Source: a bacterium
GTDB lineage: Bacteria; Patescibacteriota; Saccharimonadia; Saccharimonadales; AWTP1-31
Reading direction: 5' to 3'
DNA length: 64,000 bases
Assembly: GCA_030426125.1 (NCBI GenBank)
Contig: JAUHZB010000004.1
Coordinates: 9,253 to 73,252, forward strand
Below, one piece after another: positions 38,955 to 48,894 of this stretch. Below the pieces are notes generated by a model, which did no database searches, was not told the DNA's origin, and worked only from the letters and a program-made list of their open reading frames with translations. Position numbers and translations under genes: made by a program. Positions within the stretch are counted from its first letter, which is position 1. The number at the start of each line of letters is the position of its first letter.

Positions 38955-40250
38955 ATGTTAGATATTCAGTATATTCGAGATAACCCTAAGCTAGTAAAAG
39001 ATAAATCACAGCAAAAAGGCTACAAAGTTGACGTAGATAAACTATTGCAGCTAGATCAAGATAGGAAGAAGATCCAGTCTGAACTCCAAGACTTAAGAGC
39101 CAAGCGGAATAGTCATAGTGGGAGTCTAGCTGGTGTAAAGCCTAGCGATCAGCAGATCAGCATCGGTAAGCAATTTAAAGAAGATATTGCTAAGCTTGAG
39201 GATCTGTTAGGGCCAGTAGACCAACAATTCAATGAGCTACTTAAAACAGTACCAAACATGCCACTAGATGATGTACCAGTTGGTGACAGCGAAGAAGATA
39301 ACCAGGTGGTGAAAACAGTTGGAGAAATACCTGAGTTCGATTTCAAGCCGAAAAATCATGCCCAGATCGCTGAAGCGAAGGGCTGGCTGGATAAAACCAG
39401 AGCAGCAAAAGTAGCTGGCAGTCGTTTCGCTTATCTAAAAGGCGATTTAGTGCTACTCGACTGGGCAATGAATATGTTTGCGTTGTCTAAGTTAACTGAT
39501 CAGCAGTTCATCGCTGACCTGGTGAAGGCCAATAATCTAAATATTAGCAGTAAACCATTTGTGGCAGTACAGCCACCGGCAGTAGCCAAGACTAAGGTTT
39601 TCGAAGCTACTGGACGGTTAAACAAGGAAGAGCAAACCTATAAGCTAGAGGATGAAGATCTATGGTTAAACGCTTCGGCTGAACATGTCTTAGCGCCAAT
39701 GTTTTTAGATGAAATTGTGCCTATTGAAGAGCTACCTATAAGATTGGTCGGCTACACTACGGCCTTCAGAAGAGAGGCCGGCACTTACGGTAAGGATATG
39801 GAAGGCATTTTTAGGTTGCATCAGTTTAATAAACTGGAAATGGAAGGTTTTAGCGATTCAGAGACAGGGCTCGGTGAACACATGTTATATATCGCCATTC
39901 AGGAAAGTCTGTTTACAGCATTAGAACTACCGTATAAGTTACTTAATAAGTGTACAGCCGACATTGGTGGACCAAATGCTCGTGGTGTCGATATTGATGT
40001 TTGGCTACCGGGCCAAGGTAGGTACCGCGAATCGCATACCGCAGATTATATGACAGATTTCCAAACCAGGAGTATGAAGAGTCGTTATAGGGATGAGCAG
40101 GGAAATATTAACTTGCTTCACACTAATGATGCCACAGTCTTCTCTCAGAGACCGTTAATTGCGATTATCGAAAATTATCAAACAAAGGATGGAGATGTAG
40201 TAATTCCAAAAGTATTAAGGCCATTTATGGGCGGTAGGGAGAAAATATGA
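38955..40250 (+). CDS. serS: Seryl-tRNA synthetase
   Basis: MLDIQYIR, FRREAG, RLHQFNKLE, IIENYQ. Confidence 0.97.
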   Translation: MLDIQYIRDNPKLVKDKSQQKGYKVDVDKLLQLDQDRKKIQSELQDLRAKRNSHSGSLAGVKPSDQQISIGKQFKEDIAKLEDLLGPVDQQFNELLKTVPNMPLDDVPVGDSEEDNQVVKTVGEIPEFDFKPKNHAQIAEAKGWLDKTRAAKVAGSRFAYLKGDLVLLDWAMNMFALSKLTDQQFIADLVKANNLNISSKPFVAVQPPAVAKTKVFEATGRLNKEEQTYKLEDEDLWLNASAEHVLAPMFLDEIVPIEELPIRLVGYTTAFRREAGTYGKDMEGIFRLHQFNKLEMEGFSDSETGLGEHMLYIAIQESLFTALELPYKLLNKCTADIGGPNARGVDIDVWLPGQGRYRESHTADYMTDFQTRSMKSRYRDEQGNINLLHTNDATVFSQRPLIAIIENYQTKDGDVVIPKVLRPFMGGREKI

Positions 40251-40618
40251 TCAACAATATAACTATTAACGGTCTTCATACTGAAGTAACTGATGAGTTG
40301 AAAAAGTATATCAATAAGAAAATCGGTAAATTAGATCGTTACCTACCAGTTCATGCTCGCAAGTCGGTGCAAGTGGACGTTAAGTTGAAGGAACGAAAAA
40401 TTAAAGCCCACACTGAATGTATGGCTGAGGTCATTATGCGCTTACCAAAGGAAACAATCACTTCTAAAGAAACCACTGTTAATTTATTTGCAGCCATAGA
40501 TGTTAGTGAAGAGAAGTTAAAGAATCAGATCAAAAAATACAAGGCTAAGCATGGCCCAGGCCGGATTCATCAGAGGGTACTGGCTAGATTAAAGCGTAGA
40601 TCCCCCAAGCTTAGTTAG
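40247..40618 (+). CDS. hpf: Ribosome hibernation factor RaiA/HPF (short form)
   Basis: KKIGKLDRY, LFAAID...KLKNQIKKYK; upstream of secA. Confidence 0.9.
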   Translation: MINNITINGLHTEVTDELKKYINKKIGKLDRYLPVHARKSVQVDVKLKERKIKAHTECMAEVIMRLPKETITSKETTVNLFAAIDVSEEKLKNQIKKYKAKHGPGRIHQRVLARLKRRSPKLS

Positions 40619-40730
40619 AATTGTTGCTTCTACAGCAAACAGTAAAAATTACTTTTAAATCAGATTGCATAATGCGCTACAATGGTTGTTGTATCACGAG
40701 AGATTACCACAAGTAGATAAAGGAAGATTA

Positions 40731-43340
40731 ATGAAGACAGTTATAAAAAAGATATTAGGTGACCCTCAGGCTAAAACAGTTAAGCGACTTCGAAAGCGAG
40801 TTAAAGACATAAACGTACTTGAAGATAAGTATAAAAAAATGTCGGACAGCAAGTTAAAGCAACAGACAGCTGAATTTAAAAAACGCTTAGCTAAAGAATC
40901 GCTTGATCAAATAATGCCCGAAGCTTTTGCAGTAGTTAGAGAAGTTGCTAGCCGAACGCTGGGAATGCGGCATTTTGATGTGCAGATGATCGGTGCTATG
41001 GCCTTGCACGAGGGAAGTGTTGCTGAAATGAAAACCGGTGAAGGAAAGACTTTGGTTGCTACAGCGCCAGTATATCTAAATGCACTTGAGGGCAAGGGTG
41101 TTCACGTTGTTACCGTAAACGATTATCTAGCTCAACGTGATGCCGGATGGATGTCCGAAATCTATAGTTTCCTAGGCTTAACTACAGGGGTAATTATCGC
41201 CGATGAATCGTATATATACGACAGTAGCTACAATAATGAAAAACATGATGACCCCAGACTAAAGCATCTAAAGCCATGTACTAGGCAGGAGGCTTACCAA
41301 GCAGACATTACTTATGGCACAAACAATGAATTCGGCTTTGATTATCTACGCGATAACATGGTTAGAGAGGTTGAGCAGTTAAGGCAAAGAGAGCTAAATT
41401 ACGCGATTGTTGATGAGGTTGACTCGATTCTTATTGATGAGGCTAGGACACCGCTAATTATCTCTGCACCGGCCAGTACTAGTGGTAATGCCTATGCTCA
41501 ATTTGCTAAGGTTGCTCGAACCCTTAAACCCGATGTCCATTACGAGGTAGATGAGAAGCAGAAGGCTTCAGTTTTAACTGATGAGGGTGTTGAATTCCTA
41601 GAAAAAACACTGGGTATAGATAACCTATACGGAAGTGACAATATTCGGACTATTTACCACCTTGATCAAGCCATTAAGGCTCAGAGCTTATTCAAGAAAG
41701 ATAAAGACTACGTTATTAGTAGCGACGGAGAAATAGTAATCGTCGATGAGTTTACTGGTCGTTTGTTAAAGGGGCGTAGATATAACGAAGGGTTGCACCA
41801 GGCCATTGAAGCTAAGGAAGGTGTAGAAGTCCAAGAAGAGTCGATGACTCTAGCTACGATTAGTTTCCAGAATTACTTCCGCTTATACAATAAATTATCT
41901 GGTATGACCGGTACTGCCAAGACTGAAAGTGAAGAATTCCACCAGATATATAAACTAGATGTACTAGAAATTCCTTCCAACCGTCCGCTAGCTAGGGTTG
42001 ATAGAGCCGATAGAATCTATAAAAGCGAAGCTGGTAAGTTTAAAGCCATAGCCAAAGAGGTCAAGCTGTTGCACCAAAAAGGTCAGCCGGTACTAATTGG
42101 TACAGTATCTATCGAAAAGAACGAAGAGTTGAGTCGACTTCTAAAAAAAGCTGGTGTTCCGCATAGCATTCTTAATGCTAAGAACAATGAGAAGGAGGCA
42201 GCTACTGTAGCTAAAGCTGGTCAATCAGGAAGTGTAACCCTAGCAACTAACATTGCTGGTCGTGGTACAGATATTGTTCTTGATGAAGAGGTTAAGAAAA
42301 AGGGCGGTTTGTTTGTGCTGGGTAGCGAAAGGCATGAATCTAGACGAATCGATAACCAGTTAAGAGGTCGTTCCGGTCGTCAGGGTGATCCTGGTGTTAC
42401 TCAATTCTTTGTAAGTACTGAAGATGATCTGATGCGAATTTTTGGTGGAGACAGAATTTCGAGTGTGATGGATCGGTTAAATGTAGACGACGAAACTCCG
42501 ATTGAAAATAGGATTATATCCAAGAGCCTAGAGTCAGCTCAGAAAAAAGTTGAAGGCCATAACTTTGATCAGCGTAAGAATGTCGTTAAGTATGATGACG
42601 TTATGAACCGGCACCGTAAGGCCACCTATAGTATGAGGCGGGAAATACTAAACCAGCCGAACATTAGTAAACGAATACAAATATTGATCAAAGAAGAGGC
42701 AAAACAACTGGCTAATTCTCCATTAGCGACCTCTGAACACTTCGAAGCAATCCTAAAAGAAGTGTTCCCATTCGATGAGAAGACTTTAGATAAATTGTTC
42801 GACCAAACCGCAGAAAAATTTGAGGAAGAATTAAAAAGCCAAGCTAGCAAACTTTACTCAGAAAGAGAGAAGTTATTTGGCGCTGATGATCTTCGAAAAA
42901 TAGAGCGAGATATATATCTGCAGATCCTAGATAATCTTTGGATGCAACACCTTGAAAACATGGATCATATGCGTGAAGGTATTCACTGGATAAGTGTCGG
43001 GCAGAGAGACCCGCTTGTTGAGTACCGAAGACAGGGTCAGCGAATGTTTGAAGAGATGCAGGCAACTCTCCGGCACGATGTAGTGCGAGCTCTGTTTAAC
43101 GCTGAACCAGCCGACATTGATGAAGCCCCAGTTGAAACTGATTTGACGGTAGCTGCTCGTAAGTCGGTAGATAACGCCGATAAAATAATTGAAGCTGATG
43201 AGTTTAGCGAAGAAGATTTCGTGAAGAGTGGGCAGAAGAAGGGTGGAACCAAAAAGATAGTTTCCTCTGCTAGTCGGAAGAAAGCTAATAAAGCGGAACG
43301 CAAAAGAAGAAAAAAAGCCAAAAGATCAAAGAAGCGCTAA
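40731..43340 (+). CDS. secA: Preprotein translocase subunit SecA
   Basis: EMKTGEGKT, DEVDSILIDEARTP, QLRGRSGRQGDPG, QRDPLVEY; ATG 40731. Confidence 0.98.
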   Translation: MKTVIKKILGDPQAKTVKRLRKRVKDINVLEDKYKKMSDSKLKQQTAEFKKRLAKESLDQIMPEAFAVVREVASRTLGMRHFDVQMIGAMALHEGSVAEMKTGEGKTLVATAPVYLNALEGKGVHVVTVNDYLAQRDAGWMSEIYSFLGLTTGVIIADESYIYDSSYNNEKHDDPRLKHLKPCTRQEAYQADITYGTNNEFGFDYLRDNMVREVEQLRQRELNYAIVDEVDSILIDEARTPLIISAPASTSGNAYAQFAKVARTLKPDVHYEVDEKQKASVLTDEGVEFLEKTLGIDNLYGSDNIRTIYHLDQAIKAQSLFKKDKDYVISSDGEIVIVDEFTGRLLKGRRYNEGLHQAIEAKEGVEVQEESMTLATISFQNYFRLYNKLSGMTGTAKTESEEFHQIYKLDVLEIPSNRPLARVDRADRIYKSEAGKFKAIAKEVKLLHQKGQPVLIGTVSIEKNEELSRLLKKAGVPHSILNAKNNEKEAATVAKAGQSGSVTLATNIAGRGTDIVLDEEVKKKGGLFVLGSERHESRRIDNQLRGRSGRQGDPGVTQFFVSTEDDLMRIFGGDRISSVMDRLNVDDETPIENRIISKSLESAQKKVEGHNFDQRKNVVKYDDVMNRHRKATYSMRREILNQPNISKRIQILIKEEAKQLANSPLATSEHFEAILKEVFPFDEKTLDKLFDQTAEKFEEELKSQASKLYSEREKLFGADDLRKIERDIYLQILDNLWMQHLENMDHMREGIHWISVGQRDPLVEYRRQGQRMFEEMQATLRHDVVRALFNAEPADIDEAPVETDLTVAARKSVDNADKIIEADEFSEEDFVKSGQKKGGTKKIVSSASRKKANKAERKRRKKAKRSKKR

Positions 43341-43346
43341 CAAGTA

Positions 43347-44678
43347 ATGAGGCATAAAGTTGAGCATATTAAACTAGCCAATGGGGCTGAGGGTTTGCTA
43401 ATAAACATACCCGGTGCTTCGGTAATGAGTTTTGACTTTAACTTTCGAGCCGGTGAGTATTTGTCTGAGCGTCATAAGTGGGAGACTGCTCACCTTATGG
43501 AGCATCTGCTACTGGGGGCTAATCAGTTATTACCTTCGGCTACTGCTTTTCATGCTGAATTCGAGAAAAACGGGGCTTACAATAACGCTTCAACTAGCAG
43601 TTATGATATTAATTATGAAGCAGAATGTGCTGACTTCGAATGGGACAGAATTCTAGGTTTACTACTAACTGCAATATCCAAACCACTATTTTTAGAAGAT
43701 GAGTTTAAGGCTGAGTTTGGCAATGTTAAAGAAGAGTTAGCGGCCCGGTCGAATAACCATTTTAGGCACCTAGGACTGGCTACTAGAGAAAGTTTTGGAT
43801 TTCTGGCAGTGACAGATCAGGAAAGGTTAAATCTAATGAATAACGTTAAGCTGAAAGACGTTATTGATCATTACCAGGCTACTCACCAAACTAGTAATCT
43901 ACGGTTTATAATCGCTGGAAATCTGAAAGTTTCGCGTAAAACAGCGATCAAGAAACTGTTAGCAAATATTGAATTACCAGTAGGTGAGGGGCGTAGACAA
44001 CTGCCGGATGAAATGCCCAGTAAATATAATAAGCCGTTATATATCCAAAACGACACTGTTGAAAATATATATTTCTATATCGACACTTTTCGCTCAACTA
44101 AGCTTAGTGACACCGAATATGATAATTTAAGCCTAATAAATACTATGCTTACCGAAAGCCTATACTCAATGATACTGGGGACGGCCCGCGAACGTGGCCT
44201 GGTTTACTCGATGAGTTCCGGCATTAGTCAGTCAAAATTATCGGCCAACTGGTGGTTTGGAGCCCAGATATCACCCAAGAACATCCCGCAACTGTTCGAT
44301 ATTATCGTTGAAAAAATTAATGACGTATTTGCCGGTAAGATTACTCAGGATGACATTAATGCAGCTAAACAGTATGCACTAGGGAAGTATCAACGTAGTG
44401 GGCAGACGGTTGGTGGAGTAGCAAATGGTTATAGTTTCCGTTATTTCTTCGATGAGACAATAGAGGACTACTATAAGATACCAGATCGTATTGAAGCAAT
44501 AACTAAGCAAGATATTGTTTACGTATCTCGGTCATTATTCACAGATAAGATTTGGGGTCTAGGGGTTCTAGGTAATGTAAGCCAAGATTTTATAGATGAT
44601 CTTAATAGTCGCATCAGCCCACTCTGGAGTTACGATAACGATAGTGATCAATCTGAGGAATCTCTAGCGAAATCCTAG
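43347..44678 (+). CDS. M16 (pitrilysin/insulinase) family zinc peptidase
   Basis: HLMEH inverted zinc motif, NAST, RERGLVY. Confidence 0.9.
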   Translation: MRHKVEHIKLANGAEGLLINIPGASVMSFDFNFRAGEYLSERHKWETAHLMEHLLLGANQLLPSATAFHAEFEKNGAYNNASTSSYDINYEAECADFEWDRILGLLLTAISKPLFLEDEFKAEFGNVKEELAARSNNHFRHLGLATRESFGFLAVTDQERLNLMNNVKLKDVIDHYQATHQTSNLRFIIAGNLKVSRKTAIKKLLANIELPVGEGRRQLPDEMPSKYNKPLYIQNDTVENIYFYIDTFRSTKLSDTEYDNLSLINTMLTESLYSMILGTARERGLVYSMSSGISQSKLSANWWFGAQISPKNIPQLFDIIVEKINDVFAGKITQDDINAAKQYALGKYQRSGQTVGGVANGYSFRYFFDETIEDYYKIPDRIEAITKQDIVYVSRSLFTDKIWGLGVLGNVSQDFIDDLNSRISPLWSYDNDSDQSEESLAKS

Positions 44679-44718
44679 ATTTGTCTTCAGTATAGTTTCT
44701 AGACTATACTGCCTGAGT

Positions 44719-45804
44719 ATGGAAGGTTTAAATAAGCAGTTAACTGAGTTAAATGAAGAAATTCTAGAGTCTATTGATTTGTTAAATATTGATGCTGCTC
44801 AGAAGCAATTAAAAGAGATTGAAGATCAGGAGCGTCAGTATGATTTCTGGGAAGACAGTACCAAAGCTCAGCAGATAATGAAGCAAAAGGCTAAGCTAGA
44901 ACAGAAACTTCAACCTTGGCTTAGTCTTCGCAAGGATAGTGTTGAGGCTATTGAGCTTAGTAAGCTGAATGATCAGCAGTTAGTCGGTGAAATACAGCAG
45001 ACTGTTAAGAATATAAAACAGCGTTTTGATGAACTTAGACAGCAGTTAAAGTTCAAAGGACCATACGATGATAGCGATGTTATTATACTGTTGGCGGCTG
45101 GTGCTGGTGGAACTGATGCTCAGGATTGGACGGCAATGCTACTAAGGATGTATAGTCGTTGGGCTGAGAAAAATGAGTATAAAGTAACTCTAATCAGTGA
45201 ATCACCCGCCGAAGAAGCAGGAATAAAAGGAGCCACTTTGGAAATTAGCGGTCTTAATGCCTACGGTAAGCTAGCGGCTGAATCAGGGGTTCACAGGTTG
45301 GTTCGTCAAAGCCCTTTTAATTCAGATAATCTTCGGCAAACTAGCTTTGCCAAGATTACGGTTTTACCAAAAATTGATAGCCCTGAACAAATAGAGATAG
45401 ATCCTAAGCAGCTTAAGATTGATGTCTTTAGGGCTGGAGGTCGCGGTGGTCAGAGTGTAAATACTACAGATTCGGCTGTTCGTATTACCCATCTGCCAAC
45501 CGGAATAACGGTTTCAATCCAGAATGAGCGGTCACAATTACAGAATAAAGAGACGGCGATGAGCATTTTGAGATCTAAACTGGCAGTTTTACTTATGGAG
45601 CAACATCAAGATAAGATCGAGGCCCTAAAGGGACCTAATACTTCGGCGGAGTGGGGCAATCAGATTAGAAATTATGTACTGCATCCATACAAGTTAGTTA
45701 AAGATTTACGTAGCAAACATGAGACCAACAATGCTGATGAGGTGTTAGATGGCGATTTAAACCCCTTTATTGAGGCTAATTTGAACTTAAAAATTTCGGA
45801 ATAA
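44719..45804 (+). CDS. prfB: Peptide chain release factor 2
   Basis: GAGGTDAQDW, SPF, GGQ, WGNQIRNY. Confidence 0.97.
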   Translation: MEGLNKQLTELNEEILESIDLLNIDAAQKQLKEIEDQERQYDFWEDSTKAQQIMKQKAKLEQKLQPWLSLRKDSVEAIELSKLNDQQLVGEIQQTVKNIKQRFDELRQQLKFKGPYDDSDVIILLAAGAGGTDAQDWTAMLLRMYSRWAEKNEYKVTLISESPAEEAGIKGATLEISGLNAYGKLAAESGVHRLVRQSPFNSDNLRQTSFAKITVLPKIDSPEQIEIDPKQLKIDVFRAGGRGGQSVNTTDSAVRITHLPTGITVSIQNERSQLQNKETAMSILRSKLAVLLMEQHQDKIEALKGPNTSAEWGNQIRNYVLHPYKLVKDLRSKHETNNADEVLDGDLNPFIEANLNLKISE

Positions 45805-45858
45805 AAATAGCACTAATAAACATAAGCAAATAAGCGGTATTTTGCTATACTAGGTTAT

Positions 45859-46539
45859 ATGATTTTACTAGATCGTGTGACCAAGAAATATAACAAGAAT
45901 GCTCAGGCGTTAGAGAAGATAAGTCTTCATGTTGAGCCAAAAGAGTTTGTGATTATTGTAGGAGCTAGCGGTGCTGGTAAATCGACAATCTTAAAACTGC
46001 TTACTAGAGAAGAAAAGCCAACAACCGGTAAAATAATTGTTGGAGGACTGGATTACTCAACGCTGAAAGACAGAGAGATTCCGATACTAAGGAGAAAGAT
46101 CGGGGTAGTTTTCCAAGATTTTAAGTTACTGCCGAACCGCACCGTTTTTGAGAATGTTGCCTTCGCTCTAGAAATTGTTGGAGTTGGCAATAAAGAAATT
46201 GACCATACGGTACCTAGAGTGTTGGATATAGTGGGATTAAAGGGTAAAGAGAAGAGAATGCCACGCGAACTATCTGGTGGAGAGCTTCAAAGAGTTGCCA
46301 TCGCAAGAGCAATTGTTCGACAGCCAAGAATATTAATTGCTGATGAGCCAACCGGAAACCTGGATCCTAAGCATGCCTGGGATGTTATTCGGGTGCTGGA
46401 GAAGATTAATCGTTATGGCACTACGGTGATACTTACTACCCATAACCAAGAGATTGTTAATAAGTTAAAACGCAGGGTAATTACTATTAAAGATGGTCGG
46501 ATCGCGAGTGATAAGGCCAGTGGAGAATATCATTCATGA
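45859..46539 (+). CDS. ftsE: Cell division ATP-binding protein FtsE
   Basis: GASGAGKS, VFQDFKLL, LSGGE, ADEPTGNLD. Confidence 0.95.
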   Translation: MILLDRVTKKYNKNAQALEKISLHVEPKEFVIIVGASGAGKSTILKLLTREEKPTTGKIIVGGLDYSTLKDREIPILRRKIGVVFQDFKLLPNRTVFENVAFALEIVGVGNKEIDHTVPRVLDIVGLKGKEKRMPRELSGGELQRVAIARAIVRQPRILIADEPTGNLDPKHAWDVIRVLEKINRYGTTVILTTHNQEIVNKLKRRVITIKDGRIASDKASGEYHS

Positions 46540-47486
46540 GAATTCGACATAACTTGATTATATTTCGGCGAATCATTAAGGCCGGTATTCTTAATTTTAT
46601 TCGTAATGCTTGGTTGGGGTTGGCTGCAATAGCTGTGATGGTTATTACTTTGACCATAATATTATTCTCGATCATCGCCAATTCAACCTTTAACTACACC
46701 ATAACCCAGATAACCGACAAGATAGACATCTCGGTATATTTAAAAGATAGTGTTGGTGTAAAAGACCGGGATCAATTAATTGAAGATCTAGAAAATCTGG
46801 ATAGCGTAAAAGAAGTTAATTATGTATCAAAAGATGAGGCTCTGGAGAGATATAAGGAGCAAAATAAGGGGAACTTAGATCTACTGCTAGCAATATCGCA
46901 AACCGACAACCCTTTGCCAGCTAGTTTACAGTTAAAACCAACTGACCCTAATAACATTGAGCCTATTAGACAGTTCCTTGAATCAGAAGAAATTAAGGAG
47001 CTACAATCCGATGAAACTTCATACTCTGGTGATCGAAAAACCGCCATCGATAAAATAACCAATGCTACTAGTTTTATTGGTAGAGCCGGAGTTGTCGGGG
47101 TGTTGGTATTTGCTTTTATCTCAATGTTGATTATCTTTAACACCATCCAGATGGCTATCTTTAACAGACGTAGTGAGTTGACTATCATGCGCCTTCTTGG
47201 AGCTAGCACTAACTACATTAGAGGTCCATTTATAGTTGAAAGTGTTCTTTATGGAATAGTATCTGGGGTGATATCGATAGCTATTGTTAATGTCTTATTT
47301 TCAGTTTCAGCTAAAGCCTTTGGGGCAAGCAGTCTAGGTATATTAGACATTGAGTTTGCCAATGTTTACTTTGCAGATAACTTCTGGCGATTCTTAGGAT
47401 TGCAGCTAGGCGTAGGTATATTAATTGGCTCAATCTCAGCATTGATTGCCACTAGAAGGTACTTGAAATTTAAGACCTCAAAATAG
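46536..47486 (+). CDS. ftsX: Cell division permease FtsX
   Basis: 4 TM plus large extracellular loop, NTI...RR.E..IMRLLGA..IRGPF. Confidence 0.94.
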   Translation: MRIRHNLIIFRRIIKAGILNFIRNAWLGLAAIAVMVITLTIILFSIIANSTFNYTITQITDKIDISVYLKDSVGVKDRDQLIEDLENLDSVKEVNYVSKDEALERYKEQNKGNLDLLLAISQTDNPLPASLQLKPTDPNNIEPIRQFLESEEIKELQSDETSYSGDRKTAIDKITNATSFIGRAGVVGVLVFAFISMLIIFNTIQMAIFNRRSELTIMRLLGASTNYIRGPFIVESVLYGIVSGVISIAIVNVLFSVSAKAFGASSLGILDIEFANVYFADNFWRFLGLQLGVGILIGSISALIATRRYLKFKTSK

Positions 47487-47571
47487 TATTATTAGTATTC
47501 CGCTTAAGTACAATAATTCTTAAGCTTTTTGGTTGATTATTAGGAGTAATTATGCTAGTATTAGGAAGATT

Positions 47572-48771
47572 ATGAAAAATAAAAAAATCAACATAAAAAA
47601 ATACATAAATCAGAGTAAATTACCTCTGATTGGTTTTAGTATGCTAGCAATTGTTGGTTTGGTGGCTGCTCCACTAGTAAATGCTTTAACGGCAGATGAA
47701 ATTGCTGAGCGAGCACAACTCCAGCGTGATATAGAACGACAAAGCGACCAGAAAGACGAATTATCTGTCGAAGCTTCTTCGATTAGTGAAGCGGTTAAAG
47801 AACTAGAAGCTCAAATTGCGATTTTACAGAATCAAATAACTAGAAGTCAGAAAAAAGTTGATGATCTAGAAAAAAAGATTGCAAAAGCCCAGGCTGAACT
47901 AGAAAAACAGAAAGAAGTACTTGGCAAAAACATTCGCGCAGTTTATTTAGAAGGTCAAATTTCAACTCTTGAGATGCTGGCTTCTAGTAAAGACTTGAGT
48001 GAGTTTGTAGACAAACAACAATACCGTAATTCTGTTCAGGAAAAGATTAAAGAGACTTTAGAAAAGATTACTGATCTTAAATTCCAGCTTCGAGCTCAAA
48101 AAGACGAAGTTGAGAAATACTTAAAAGACCAAGAACAGGCCAGAGACAAGGTTGCTAGCCAACGTTCTGAACAAAAAAGATTACTATCACTAAATAAAAG
48201 TGAACAAGCAGCATTGAACGCTAAGATAAAAAGTAACAGTGCCCGGGTAGCTGAGTTAAATGCTAAGCAGGTTGAAGAAAACCGCCGTGCATTAGGTGGA
48301 AATCTGCCAGCTGGTGTTCCAGGTGGTGGTGGCTACAAATATGGTAACGCTGTTTGTTTGTGGCCAGGTTACGCAGATCCACCATGCCGAGAGTATGATT
48401 GGGGCTATCCATCTTCTTCTAGTCCGCGTAACTTATACGACGAGTGGGGCTATGGATATCGTAACTGTACTAGTTGGGCAGCCTTTAGGGTAGTCCAAGT
48501 ACTAGGCTATACTCCTCCAGGATTAACTCAGTTAGGTCACGCCAAGAGCTGGCCATACAACACTAGTGCAACCGTAAATTCTAATCCTAGTGGCGGTAAC
48601 GCAACGGTAGCGGTTAGTGGTGGTACTTACGGACACGTACGTTTTGTTGAAAACGTCTATGGTGATGGATCGATTCAAGTCAGTGACTATAACTTTGGTG
48701 GTGACGGAATCTACCGGAAGTACACTTTAACTGCAGCCCAAGCCTCAGCATTAACGTATATTCACTATTAA
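47572..48771 (+). CDS. PcsB/CwlO-like coiled-coil protein with C-terminal CHAP peptidoglycan hydrolase domain
   Basis: Signal peptide, long coiled coil, NCTSWA (Cys) and YGHVRFVE (His); directly after ftsEX. Confidence 0.88.
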   Translation: MKNKKINIKKYINQSKLPLIGFSMLAIVGLVAAPLVNALTADEIAERAQLQRDIERQSDQKDELSVEASSISEAVKELEAQIAILQNQITRSQKKVDDLEKKIAKAQAELEKQKEVLGKNIRAVYLEGQISTLEMLASSKDLSEFVDKQQYRNSVQEKIKETLEKITDLKFQLRAQKDEVEKYLKDQEQARDKVASQRSEQKRLLSLNKSEQAALNAKIKSNSARVAELNAKQVEENRRALGGNLPAGVPGGGGYKYGNAVCLWPGYADPPCREYDWGYPSSSSPRNLYDEWGYGYRNCTSWAAFRVVQVLGYTPPGLTQLGHAKSWPYNTSATVNSNPSGGNATVAVSGGTYGHVRFVENVYGDGSIQVSDYNFGGDGIYRKYTLTAAQASALTYIHY

Positions 48772-48894
48772 TAGCCGCTAATAACATTTAGAGCATTAGC
48801 CTTTTAGTATCATAAATATTGCTGGTGGGTTACAATATTTGAGTATTGAAATTAGAAATATTGTTTATTCCAAAGTTATCAAGGAGGGGATTGT

